Assembly (NCBI GenBank): GCA_024679065.1
Contig: JAGIQG010000001.1
Coordinates: 118,296,001-118,360,000 of the forward strand
Origin: Sphyrna mokarran
Taxonomy: Eukaryota
Reading direction: 5' to 3'
Length of the DNA: 64,000 nucleotides
Shown: one piece after another, positions 12,417 through 25,302 of the stretch
Layout of the letters: the number at the start of each line of letters is the position of its first letter
Numbering within the stretch: the first letter of the stretch is position 1
Made by a program: the position numbers and the translations under genes
The notes under the pieces: model-generated
Seen by the model: the letters and a program-made list of their open reading frames with translations, nothing else
What the model was told of the DNA's origin: nothing
The model's database searches: none

Positions 12417-13865
12417 ACTGCAGACAGGTCAGGGGACTTCCAAGAATTTTAGGATCTCCCCACTCCCTGCCTGCAAACCTACTGCAAGATACTGTAAAAT
12501 TTTGCTTCTCAAATTTAAAATTTTAATCCTTAGGTTGAAATCTCTCCATGCTGTTACTCCTCCCTCATTTTGGAATCTTTTCCAATGTTACAACTTCTCA
12601 ATTATTCCTTGGACTCTGACACCTTGAATACCTGTTTACCTCCTTTCCCCACCATTGCCTTCAGTCTCCTTAGTCCAATTCTCCAACCAGGACTTTTAAA
12701 GATTTTCTACATTAAAGGTGTCATATAAATCCAAGGTGCTGCAATAACAATTTATTTTTCAATGTCAATAAATGCACAAGATCCAACAGATCTGGATAAC
12801 AGGCAGGGGAGCAATAATCCTGGAGAATTGTTTATTTGCTTGCCCAGTGGTAGTGTTAAAACTCTGACAACTGTCTGATCTGAGATCAGCTAACTTAGCA
12901 GAGAAAAGTCAGAGTGCTGCAGCACTGTAATGGAACCTGTTCATTATCAAAGCCACCACACTTGTTGCCCGAATATCTCTTTCCTGGTTCTGATGGTTGA
13001 TATTATGATCTCTAGGAAGCAAATGATGAAGGGCAAAACATATTCCCTCTACATTTCAAGTTGTTTTCATTAGGTTAACAGAAAAGGATAGCATAAAGAA
13101 ATTGTTATAGTGTTCTGCTTGAACAGTTTTTTTTCGAAAATACCTGTGCCTTAAAATGGTTAGTCAGTTTCTACGTAATTCTGTGGTGTAAACAAAAGAC
13201 AGCATTTTGGAATCTGGCAGAAAACAATCAAGTCTGAAATTTAGGTGAATTCTATTGTTTTGACATTACCTGGCACATTCAACTCATTCTTTGTCCTGAA
13301 ATCTATGTGCAAGGGGATGTATTGTCATTCAGTGTTCATGTTCCAGAGTGTTAATCTGTACCATGGCTGCTAGGGGGCAAATGTGAGCATATCACAGTCA
13401 CAGATAGGTGTGGCCCTGTCACTGAAACACCAAAGCTTTAGAAACCATCAAATGACAGTTTAAAACATATTGTTTAAAGTCAGGATTACACCTCAACATT
13501 CACTTATTTCTATACAAATTGGCTAATATTTGTTAGGGTCTGATTCCTTTAATTTTGGCAGTTTTATCAAAGAGCCCAGAAGGAAACGGACTATTATTTT
13601 CATTTCACTGTTTTTGGGTGACAAGTTCTTGTCAATTTTTCACTACTTGCTAGCTACTAGGTGGTCTGTGGAAGCACCATGAAGTTGGCTATCAATATTG
13701 ACAATACATCAGTATTAAATTTACTGGCTTCCTGGAGTGGCACATCAGATTGAACCTCCCCTTCCCCAGTGTTCTCTTTGGTATTTCCACTTTCTAATTT
13801 GCCAGTACAAATATTACTAAATATGTGGAATGATACCAATTAGATCAGACAAGTTAAGGAAGAAG

Positions 13866-14008
13866 CATGAAACAAAGTAATTGGGAAAGACAAGCTAAAT
13901 GAGGAAGAAAACATTTTAAAGGAAGCAATATCTAAGGTGCCAAATGATTCATATTCTTTTAAAATACTTTGACTAAGGCATTGTCATTGTGCCTACGATG
14001 TTGTGAAT
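13866..14008 (+). repeat. 143-bp direct duplicate of 11948-12090
   Basis: Same alignment as 11948-12090. This copy lies in unique AT-rich sequence. Confidence 0.95.
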
Positions 14009-14069
14009 TCTACAAAATGGGATTGTTTGTTCTAAAGCACTTTCCATACCTCTTATAAATCACAAGCCT

Positions 14070-15330
14070 AAAAGAATACAAGAATTAGGAACAGAAGTAG
14101 GCTATTTGGCCTTCAAGCCTTTCCCACCATTATATGAGCAAGGCTAATCTGGTTGCAGACTCAATTCCTTTCTTGACTTGCCCTACAACCTGCAACTTTC
14201 TTATGAAAAAATGAACCAATTTATAAAATATACAAATAAAAATGTATCATATACACTCAATGATACAGCCTCCACTATTCTCTGGAAGAGAATTCAACAG
14301 ACTAATAGCTCTGACAAAAATGTTCTATTCATCTCAGTCTTAAATAATTTTAAACAGTGTCCGCTAGTTCAAGATTCTCCCACAAGGGGAACTATCCTTC
14401 AACATCCATCCAGATGAGTTCCTTTAAGATCTTATAAAGTCACCTTTTATCCTTCTAAATCCATGTGTCTGGTCTCAACCTGCTCAATCTTTCTTCATAA
14501 GCTAACCCCTTCATTCCAAAAATTAGTCAAGTGAAATTAGTCAGTTTTGAATACAATTATCTCTCTTAAGTAAGGAGATTAGTGGTCTCACCAAGACTGT
14601 GACAATTCGTAAAGTTCACTATTTTTATACTCACTTACCCTTGCAAAGGCCAACATTCTATATGTCTTCCTGGTCACCTGCAGTACTTTCATTTTAATTT
14701 TGAGATTCACATACTAGGGCACTCAGAAACCCTGGCACTGTAAAGTTCTGTAGTCTCTCTCCATTTGTTGCTTCTATTCTTTATGACAAGTGGACAAGTG
14801 CATATTTCCTCACGTTACGCACCATCTGTGATTTTGTTTTAGCCTACTTACTCATCTTGACTTTTTATTCCTCTTGCTAACTTACTTACCTCTCTGTCAT
14901 TAACAAATTTAGTTATCATACATTCAGTCGTTAATGTTTGGCATAACTAGTTGAAGCTCAGCACTGACCCCGGCACTCTTGACAGTTTGCCAATTGCAAA
15001 ATGACCCATTTGACTTTACTCCATTTCTTGTTAGCTAATCAATCATCCAATTATGCTAATAGGTCATCTCGTACACCAAGAGATCTTATTTTGTGCAGTA
15101 ATCTTTGATGTGGCATCATATCAAACACCTTTTGGAAATTCAAGTATATCACATCTACTTATTCCCCTTTATCCACTTGTTTGTTATTTCCCCAAACAAC
15201 TCCAATAAGTTAGTCAAACATGATTTTCTTTTCAAAAAAATGACGTTGTCTCTGCCTGAATGTGCTTTGACTGTTTAAATTTCCTGCTACTACCTCCTGA
15301 ATAATGGACTCCAAAATGCCTTCTCTGTTG
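14070..15330 (-). mobile_element. Old CR1 LINE (RT region plus 3' tail)
   Basis: Reverse tail (agaattaggaacagaagtaggc) followed by decayed RT sequence (ttttggaaattcaagtatatcacatc = reverse DVIYLNFQK). Confidence 0.8.
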
Positions 15331-15359
15331 CCAAGAATGAGAATCCAGAAGGATGGAAC

Positions 15360-15750
15360 TTTTTTCCCTGGAGCATAAGAAACTTAACAGTGATTTTATA
15401 GTGGTCTATAAAATAATCAAGGGCATAGATAAGGTAATCGACATCTTTTCCCAAAGTTAGGGGGAGTCAAAAACCAGAAAGCATAGTTTTAAGGTGAGAG
15501 GGGAGGATACAAAAGGGTCCAGAGGAGTAATTTTTTCACTCACGGGATGGTCAGCATCTGGAATGAGCTATCAGAGACAGAAGTAAAAGTGGATACAATT
15601 TTGTCTTTTAAAAAACATTTAGACAGCTAGCTACAGAGAAATATGGGCCAAATGCTGGAAATTGGAACTAGCCTAGTGGCTAAAAACTAGCCTGCATGAA
15701 TACGTTGGGCAGAAGGGCCTATTTCCCTGCTGTAAATTTCTATGACTATA
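15360..15750 (+). mobile_element. CR1 LINE 3' end
   Basis: LFSLE...VYKIIKGIDKV...FKVRGE-type relic ending gaagggcctatttccctgctgtaaatttctatgactat. Confidence 0.8.
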
Positions 15751-15989
15751 TTTCCTGCCTGTGCCATGGTTCAGAATATCTGATTAGGGCTGAAAAGAAA
15801 TTTGCAATGAGTGAGGAAGGATCCAGTTCTCAGTTCATGCAGATTTCAACAACTAGGAAAGACTAGGACAGAGGTTCTGCATAGGATGAGAAACTAGATA
15901 CTAAATAGAAAAGCAGAAATTCAAATGGTAATAATCTTTGGATTATTACCTAAGCCGTGTGAAAATTGGCATAAGATAAATAAAATGAG

Positions 15990-18900
15990 AGAAGTCTATG
16001 TGTGTCTCTAAATCTGGTTTGGGAGAAGTGGGTTCTGATTCATGCACCACTGGCACCAGTTCTGGGGAAAGCAGGAGCTGTACCACTGGTATGAACTTGA
16101 CTTGAAATATGAAGGGATCAGTTTCTAGGGAGCTGTATAATTAGGAAAGTAGAAAGAGGGATTTAAATTAAATAAAGGGGGAAATGACAAGGCAATAGAT
16201 CAAGATAGCAATAAAGGCACTGAGAATCAGATTATGATTGGAAGAGACAGTGACTGCAATCTTCAGACTGTGCCAGAATTTATAAAAACAGTAAAGAACT
16301 GAATCGAAATGCCTACAGCATTCAAAATAAAACAGATTAATCTGTCATATCAAATAGAAATTCATATTAATGACCTGAAAGCCATTATACAGCATGACTA
16401 CAAGGGAACCAAAGCTCAATACTGTGCATCCAAAAGTTAAGTGACATTCTGGAAAGGATAGGACGATGGGAAAGGTGCTGGGGTAGCTCCATTAATTTAA
16501 GAGTGCATTAGTACTGTAGAAAGAGGTGGCCTTAGTTCTAAAGATCAAGACAAAGGATGGGATTTTACAACTTTGCTCGGGAGAGATTGTCAAATCCTGC
16601 CTGAGGCCAGCAGAGATTTCCATTCTGCGAGCCTCATCCAATCCAGAATTGGGATGGGAAAGGCAGTAAAATTCCATGGAATCAGTTTAGGTAGAACTAA
16701 CAGCCCAGGGAAGAAACCATGAGTGGGAATTGTTTATAGGCCAGCAAATAGCATAGAACATAGAAACATAGAACAGTACAGCACAGTACAAGCCCTTCAG
16801 CCCTCAATGTTACGGCGAGTTACATCCGAACCCAAGATCAAGCTATCCCACTCCCTATCATTCTGGTGTGCTCCATGTACCTATCCAATAATTGCTTGGA
16901 AGTTTCTAAAGTGTCTGACTCCATTATCACAGCAGGTAGTGCATTCCACACTCCAGTCACTCTCTGAGTAAAGAATGGACCTCCAACATCCCTCCTATAT
17001 CTCCCAATATGAATCTTATAGTTATACTCCCTAATAACTGCTACATCCACCCAAGGAAATAGAATGGATGTTCAGAGACTATCTAACCCCCTCATCATCT
17101 TATAAACCTCTGCTCTAAAGAGAAAAGCCCCAGCTCCCTCAATTTTTCCTCATAAGACCTACCCTCCAAACCAGGCAGCATTCTGGTAAATCTCCTCTGC
17201 ATTCTCTCCAACTATTCTACATTCTTCTTATAGTGAGGTGACCAGAACTGCACACAATATTCCAAATGTGGTCTCACTAAGGTCCTGTATAGTTGCAGCA
17301 TAACCCCACAGCTCTTAAACTCAAACCCCCTGTTAATAACCGCTACACATTATAAGCCTTCTTCATGGCTCTACCCACTTGAGTGGGAACCTTTAGAAAT
17401 CTGTGGATATGAACCGCAAGATCTCTCTGTTCCTCACATTCCACAGGACCCTGCCATTGACCCTGTAATCCACCTTCAAATTTGTCCTACCAAAATGAAT
17501 CACCTCGCACTTATCACAGTTAAACTCCATCTGCTATTTTTCTGCCCAGCTCTGCATCCTATCAATATCTCTTTGCAGCCTGCAAGAGCCTTCCACCTCA
17601 TCCACTACTCCACTAATCTTGGTGTCATCAGCAAATTTACTAACCCACTCTTCAACCCCTTCTTCCAAGCAATGATAATGCAAATCCCAGTATAAATTAA
17701 AAAATTAAGAAATGCATGTAGAAAAGCTAATCACGGATGATTTCAATTTATGTACAGACTGAACAAACCTAATTAGTATTAATTTTGTAGAAGATGATTT
17801 CCTGAAATGTGCACAAGATGGTTTCCTAGAGCAGTACATTGAGGAACCAACTAGCAAACAGGCTATTTTAAAACTAGTATTGTACAAGAAAAATAATGAA
17901 TGAATAATCTTTTTGTAAAGCAGCCTTCAGGAAAAAGTAACCATAATATGATAGAATTTTTCATAAAGTTTGAAAGTGATGCCATTAAAATCAAAAACTG
18001 GAGTCTTAAACCTGAACAAAGGAAATTGTGTTGGTATGAGAAGCAAATTGGCTATGGTAGATTGAGAAATTATGTTGAAAAAGTATGACAGCAGACAGAA
18101 AATACTTCATTTAAAAAATAGTTTCCAACAAAAATGCATTGCTTAAGGGAAGTGTTCCAATCATGGCCTTAATCAAGGTTGGAATTTTTTAAAAAGTGGC
18201 AAAGTGCCAAGTTCTAACTGAAAAGCAGCATGTTTCTCTCCAGAAGCAAAGCCATGACACAAAAATTGGTGGAGTTGCAGATAGTGAAGAGGATTGTTGG
18301 AGAAAACAGCAAGATATAGATTGATTGGAGACTTGGGTAGAGAAAGGCAAATGGAGTTTAATCCAGAGAAGTGTGAGATAATGCATTTTTGAAGGTCCAA
18401 TGCAATGAATTATACAGTAAGAAGAACCCTTAGGAGTATTGACAGGCAGAGAGATCTGGATGTACATGTCCACCAATTACTGAAAGTGTTAACTCAGGTG
18501 GATAAAGGTAATCAAGAAGGCATATAGTACGCTTGCCTTCATCGGTCAGGCATTGAGTATAAAAATTCACAGATTATGCTGCAGCTGTACAGAACTTTGG
18601 TCAGGCCTCATTTAGAATCTTACATAGAATTCTGGTTGCCACACAACCAGAAGGATGTGGATGCTTTGGAGAGGGTACAGAAGAGGTCTTGTAAGACGTT
18701 GCCTGGTCGGGATGGTATTAGCTATGAGGAGAGGTTAGATAAACTCGGTTTGTTCTCACTGGAACAATGGAGATTGAGGTGTGACCTGATAAAGGTTTAC
18801 AGAATGATGAGTGGCATGGATAGAGTGGGTAGTCAAATGCTCTTTCCTAGGGTAGAAAAGTCAAATACCAGGGGCATAGTTTAAGGTGCGTGGGGAAGAG

Positions 18901-19000
18901 TTTAGAGAAAATGTGTGAGGCGAGTTTACCACCCCCGCCCACCCCCCCACCCCAGTACAGGTTGGAGAGCTAAAAGGCCTTTCTTGTGCTGTATTTTTTG
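15990..19000 (+). mobile_element. Fragmented CR1 LINE (endonuclease and RT pieces) with nested insertions
   Basis: VGIVYRPANS at about 16723 resumes at about 17670 (DDFNL, FLKCAQDGFLEQYIEEPT, SNHNMIEF). RT C-terminus ORF 18576-18884 reads LYRTLVRPHLE...LERVQKR. Confidence 0.8.
16752..17668 (-). mobile_element. Younger CR1 LINE 3' portion inserted into the plus-strand CR1
   Basis: Starts with the reversed (catagaa)n tail; internal reversed RT (ADDTK at about 17619-17633); interrupts the host endonuclease frame. Confidence 0.85.
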
Positions 19001-19699
19001 CGTTCTTTGCCACTATCAAAAGAAAATTCAGGATCCCATCACCCCATCACTGGCTGGATCATGCAAATATTTTACATACATATATTAATTGAATTTATCT
19101 TAAAAGTCTGAATATGTCCATAAATATTTACCCCAAAACACAGTCAAATGCTATTTTCTCATAAAGTAAGTGCTGAAGATTCTGTAACGCTGCAGTAACT
19201 GGAGTGAATCCTGGCTGTTACCCTAGAACAACATCTCCCCTTACTATGTTCAAAGTGGTCTCTTACAGGTGTAAAACACTGCATTGCAGGGAACTCTTGC
19301 TTCTTCCTAACTTGGATCACAACATAATAGTATTCCAATAACAATCAGATTCTGCGAGACACTTAATCCTCTGAACACACTTGAGATGAACAAATGTAGG
19401 AGCATAAGTCAGGGCTTGCAGACAATAAAGATTCTGCTAGTGAGGAGTTTCTCCGATGCTGAAAAAATTCATTTGATCAAAAAATTTTATTCACTGATCT
19501 CCTACAGCTGGGAGTGGGTGAAGGGTTGAAACATAAAAATGTAGGGATGGTGGTGGTTAAGAGAAAATCCTCAGAAGCAAGATATGTCACCAGACAGCAG
19601 AGAATATGAATACTGTGTTGAGCCCTACCATACTTGGGACAACCTAAATAAGACTTATCATCTGAAGAAAAGTACCAAGATCCAAAGCAATTGGTAAAC

Positions 19700-19915
19700 T
19701 TTGTAGCACAACTGGGAGGGTAGTAAGGACGTGGAATGCCCTACCTGCAGCAGTTGTGGACTCGTCAACTTTGAGGGCGTTCAAATGGTCAGTGGATAGG
19801 CATATGGATAACATTGGAATAGTTTAGATTAGAGGGTCATTAGATTGGTTCCATTGGTTGGCGCAACATCAGGGGGCTGAAGGGCCTGTATTGTGCTGTA
19901 ATGTTCTATGTCTAC
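19700..19915 (+). mobile_element. CR1 LINE short 3' end
   Basis: RVVRTWNALP relic and gaagggcctgtattgtgctgtaatgttctatg tail. Confidence 0.8.
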
Positions 19916-20149
19916 ATGTACAGGAACCTAAGCACAGCATATTTCTCAGTTGTTTATCTGTGATGCAATAAATGGCATCATCTCCAACAACGGTAAAAAT
20001 TCTTTGGTGCAACACATCAGCAATTTTCTATTGCTTTGACATCCATTACAAATGGAATTAGAGGTATACTCGACTGAAAATGCTGCAATAACTAAAACAA
20101 CAACCTGTATTTATACCTCTCACTTCACAACAATGGTAGTCATTGGATT

Positions 20150-21160
20150 GCAAACTCCCAACTCGATGTAGCTGTGCATTTCTTCCAAGATTTTCTGATC
20201 CCTGCTTTCACAGGAAAGTGCAGTGCAATATCCCCTTGGGAAATGAGTATAGAGTAGGGAAAGCAGGATACATCCCCTTTTTATAGTTACTGGCTGCCTT
20301 AGGATAGGTTTAAATGTCCAATCTGAATGTTAATGAAGGGATGAGTGAATGACTGAATGGGTGAGTGAGTAGGTGATTTGGAAGGAGTGGGGGGGGGGGG
20401 TGCAAAGTAGGTAAATTGGTAGGTGGGTTAATGAGTAAATGGATGAGGTGGTAAAGTGGATAGGATGGTAGGGTAGTTGGTAGAGATGGGAACAGTGGTT
20501 AAGTTGCTAGGTGGATCAGTATGTACATTGTCAGGTCAGTCATCACACTGGGATAAGTTGGATCAGGAGAGTAGACTGATAAGAGTCAGGGAGTTAGAGT
20601 CAGGTTGGGAGAGGAATTGGGTGATTGGGAAAATTGGGTTGGGGCACTCTGGTTCTAGAGATAGTGAGGGGTAGTAATCTGGTCAGGAGGATAGCTGGAT
20701 AGTCAGGGGCAGGGGGGGATCTTCAGCTGGAGGTACTAAGGTTGAGCATTAGTTGGGTTGGATCGGGTGTGACTGAAGGCTAATTGTGCAATAATCAGGT
20801 GTTGGGTACAAGATAAAAGCAAAATACCTCAGATATTGGAATCTAAAACAAAAAACAGAAAATGAAGAACCATGTAGACTCGAAACATTGGCCCTATTCT
20901 TTCTCCACAGATACTGAGATTTTCCTATATTTTCTATTTGTGTTACATGTCAATCTGTCTACCAGCTCCAGGGTAATTATTCAGTTAAGTCCCAAGAAAC
21001 TGTCCAGAACTATCTAGTTCAAATTTGGAGACATTTGCAGAAAACATCAGAGAGCAATAAAATTTCCTTTTGGAAGTTAAAGTTTTGGGAAATTCCCATA
21101 TAAACATGCTGACTTCTGCAAAGGCATTAACATCCAGACTGGATATTTAAAGTTGCCTTA
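20150..21160. repeat. G-skewed interspersed element (copy 2) with an inserted Penelope-like tail at about 20812-20945
   Basis: Flanks similar to 4170-5280. The insert has an inverted tail plus a degenerate hammerhead-like tgaagaa...gactcgaaac. Confidence 0.5.
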
Positions 21161-21489
21161 TGGGAGGGTGCTATAAAAAGAGGATGCATCCTGTCACTCT
21201 ACAGTCATTACCCAAGAGACACTGTACTGCGCTTTACTGTGAAAGCTGGAATCAAAAGGTCCTAGAAGAAATGCACTGGTGCATCAAGTTGGGAATTTAC
21301 AAGTTCACTGCAATCCAATGGCTAATATTGCCACTGCTCGGAGGTTCTGGGTGTTAATATAGATTGGTGTTTTTGTTTTCTTTCAACATTTTCAGTTCAG
21401 TATACTTCTACAAAGTCCCAACACAAATCTTAACTTGTACCTCCAATTTCCAACGATCCAGCATTGAGTCACATATGGAAATATTAGGA

Positions 21490-22160
21490 CAGATTAAGCA
21501 TGGTATTAAGGACCTTGAAGGAGAAAGAAAGGAAAGTTCAGAGGTTTAGGGAGGGAGCTTAGTGCCCAGGCAACTGAAAGAAAGACCACCAATGTTGAAA
21601 TGATTAAAACCAGGGATGGTCAAGAGAAATTAATTAGAGGAGCAGATATTTCAGAGTGTGGTGTAGCTAATGGAGATCAAAGTCAGGAAGGGGTGAGGCA
21701 GTGGGAGGATTCAAAAACAGGAATTAGAATTTTAAAATCCGAATGTTGCTAACCAGAAGCCACTGGTACCTTAATTAACTATCATTCACCTATTACCCTT
21801 GTGGAATAGGTGTATGGGATTTGGTGTAAGTTACAACATCAATGGCAAAACTTTGGATGGCCTCAAGTGTACAAAAGATAGTATGTGGGGGACCTACCAG
21901 GAGTACATTGGAATAGTAGGTCACAGTAGCAAATCAACTGAGGCAAAGCTGAGTCAAAGATGTTTCAAAGATGGTCTTGGTGATGGCTTGTTGAAAGTTC
22001 ATCTGTGTCAAATAAACAGTCTGGTTTAGCCTCAGTCAGTTGACAGGGAGAAGGATAGAGTCAGTGGTTAGGGAGCAGAGGGAGGGTGAGAGAGTAGTGT
22101 GTGTGACAGGGAAAAAAAGACAATGGCTTTGCACTGATCCTTGAATAATATGTAGAACAC
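21490..22160 (-). mobile_element. L2-type LINE fragments
   Basis: Reverse L2-like sequence (agagtcagtggttagggagcagag...aagacaatggcttt), also seen at 40.4-41.6 kb. Confidence 0.5.
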
Positions 22161-22992
22161 AATGGCGCCAGTGTTCACACCCCATTTCCTCTATAGTAAA
22201 TCCATTGAGGGAATGGGGAGATGTTGAAAATGCATCCCCTGATACTGGTTTAATATTATGGAAATATACAGAAGCTTTTGAAAGTCTTAGTACAAGATCA
22301 TAATAATACAAATCCATATGCAGTCACAAAGCTTCATTTCACAACAAATTACCAGCAAGTAACAAAGCATCCTAAAAATGAAATTACATTCATTCTGTAG
22401 TTATTAGAGGATAATGTTAAGGTCACCTTAGATCTTTGTTCAAAATCTGTTTGCAAGTCAATTGTCTGTCTTAACAACAAATTTAAAAACAACTTTCTTG
22501 TGCAGTTGTTCTCAAACTTTTTTTAAGCTTGGAAATAATTCTCTGGCTAAAAGTTCCTATTGTATCAGATCTGCAAAGATATTTTCTCTCCACTTCCTTT
22601 TCCAGCAAAGTTAAACATCACCATTCTTCAGCTACATAACTCTCAGTCTAGGTTCACGAAGAATATCATACAGTGAGAAAGAGGAAGTGTCATGGAGTGA
22701 TAATAATCACTGGATAGGATAATTTGGACCAACTGAAGTGGGATCCAGCTTGTTAGTTCACCTTCTCCATACTCTTTTGGAAGTCTTGCTCCTCTTATAA
22801 TCCCACTCCACTTTCTCCAATCAAAACTTTTAAAATCCCACTCCCTCTGCTTTTTGAGGTTGCGATACTATGTAGTTGTCAAAGTCCCACTTTTTCAAAG
22901 TCCCATTCCTTTTGCTCTATATAACATTCTACTGGACTGAATAAAATACCTGTCTAGTTCTTTTCATGTTTCCCATACTGCTCTACATGTGG

Positions 22993-23296
22993 TGGCATGG
23001 TGACACAGTGGTTAGCAATGCTGCCTCATAGCTCCAGGGACCCGGTTTCAATTCCAGTCTCAGGTGTCTGTGTGGTGCTTGCACATTCTCCTCATATCAG
23101 CGTGGGTTTCCTCTGGATGCTTTGGTTTCCTCACACTGTCCAAATGTGAGTAGATTAGCTTGACTGGCCATATTAAATCAACCCTTAGTGTCAAGGGGAT
23201 TAAATATATGGAGTTGCGGGGATAGGGCTTGGGTGGGATTGTTGTTGGTACTGGCTCAATGGGTCGAATGGCCTCCTCCGCACTGTCGTGATTCTA
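22993..23296 (+). mobile_element. HE1-like V-SINE, near full length
   Basis: tRNA-like head (ggtgacacagtggttagc...gacccggtttcaattcc), V-domain gcgtgggtttcctc, tail gggtcgaatggcctcctccgcactgt. Confidence 0.9.
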
Positions 23297-25273
23297 AATT
23301 CAAGAAAATAGAATAGAAACATAAATGTTGAAGAAGTAATGAGAAAAAGAAAGAAAAATAAGAGCAAAAAGACAATAAAAGTGAGAGGAGAAAGATGAAA
23401 ACGAGAAGGTGGGTGAGAACCAAATATAAAAAAGGTAAGAAAGCAAGAGCTGAAAATAACTGAGAACATGAAGTAGAAATGGAAGAGGGGTGGGAGGGAA
23501 GAAAAGAAAAAAATTATCTCCACTGCTTCCCCCCTCAAACCATTGGTGGGCACAGGAGTGTTTCTGCAGCAGAACTGATAAGTTATTGGCTATCAGAAGG
23601 GTACTCTGGTCCGACCAAAGTCAGTGGATGACAATTTTCATGGCTTACCAGCTCCGCCATTGGGGAACTAATGCAGGAGTTGACTTTGGCAGACTGTAAG
23701 CTCCCATTGGTCCAATGGCCTAGAAAATTCCAACCTTAAAATGCACAAAACAGCAACAATTTAGTGTTCCAAGATGTCAACCTTAGTGAATTTATCCAAA
23801 TTTTTGTTGAGGTTGCCACCAGCTGCAAGGTCTGACATTCAGTGGAAAAACATCGACTGATACCAATTTAAAAGCTGCTTATTCAACTGTACCAGCAGCC
23901 TACATTCTGCCATATAAAAATAAGTATGAGCTGAAGTACTTCTCTGCAAATGATGGAACATGATTTACACACCTGCTTCTTAAGAATCTGAATGAACCAA
24001 CTCATGAAATAATCTTACAAGCGCCTCTTATCAGTTCAGTTACATTTGATAGAAATCAAAGTACAGTCATTTTCTAATTCAAAATATTGACTGCCTTATT
24101 TAAGTTATTTTGTTCTCTCCCCCTGTTAATACATTCCCTTTGTTATCAGGGATTCCCCAGACAAAATGAAAACAGACTTGTGATTTGTCTAGAAAGTGGC
24201 AATTATTCACTCTGTCACCATCTGACACCTACAAGTGTCACTGGACAGTAATCAGGAGTAGCTAATCTTTGCTTTTTACCATGAGTACATTGAAGTCAAC
24301 TGAAATGATCCCATCACCTCTCCATCTGAGGGACGTTTATTCAGCATCTATCTGAAATTGGATCTGAAACTTCTATCAATCTTAATTTGCCACCAATTAA
24401 TTCAGACTGTTGTTAACACCTCACATGACTCTGAAAAATACTCTACAAATATGTTTGGTACTGCATCACTGAGATCAACAGGGTCAATCCCTGCTCTCAG
24501 GTCAGTTAGTTGATTTTAGTCAGTATATTATGTGGCAATTCAGAATGTTACACTTCAACACCACTGACATTGACTATTATTGTTGTTGTTGTCAATTAAC
24601 CAGTGAGCTGCTGCAAAGCTCTCATGTGAGAGCATCAGATGAAGACTGTGTTTGGCTGTGATGCGAGGTTGGTCAACTGTAGTACTTGTGTGATATACGA
24701 GTGGAACAGCTCGTATCCCTGGAACATAATCTTTTTTTCTCCATCCTCTGCTGGAAATGCTCAGTCACTCACTAGACTAAGAACTTCTGTTACTCTTTGT
24801 AAGCATAGGTCACAGGGTTCACTATATTAACTCTCCAGGGTATTATTGTATGCAGGAGATAAATATTGGTTCTTAATTTAATTTGCAAAGCATAAACAAC
24901 AATTTGTATATATTTATATAGGAGCTTTAATGTAGTAAAATATCCTAAGGTACAAAGAGTGAAGACAGTCTTTAGTCATTAATTATATAAAATGCCTGCT
25001 TCATCTGAACTCAGCTCAGATGGGTTTAATCCTAATCATCGAGCTGTTTACATCTCCTTCTTTTTCACTTGATCTCAATTTCAATTTAATCTGAACACCA
25101 GGAAAATATTCTCTAGAGGATTTACATCGCAGAATTTCTTTTATATAACACTGGGAGAATCTACCTTCTGTTCAGTTTGCATTAAAGTATCAAAGTGATG
25201 AAATTCTGTGAGGTTCTCCTTGCCTGTCTTCTAGTTTTTGTCTTGGGTTGGTGAGGTTGGGGGGAGTGGGGGC

Positions 25274-25302
25274 GGGGGGGGGGGGGGGGGGGGGGGGGGG
25301 GG
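25274..25302 (+). repeat. Poly-G run (29 G) in a G-rich tract
   Basis: Direct count from the sequence. Confidence 0.9.

Noticed and set aside
13364-13382. CTCF-like motif TGGCTGCTAGGGGGCAA
   Set aside because: Two departures from the core consensus; a single motif is not enough support.
18576-18884. 102-aa ORF that looks like a real protein
   Set aside because: CR1 reverse transcriptase C-terminal relic, not a host gene.
22993-23060. tRNA-like A/B box sequence (also at 7340-7404, 60330, 61590)
   Set aside because: These are heads of V-SINEs; no complete cloverleaf.
23200-23553. 117-aa hydrophobic ORF
   Set aside because: Reverse complement of a GA-rich low-complexity tract running into a SINE tail.
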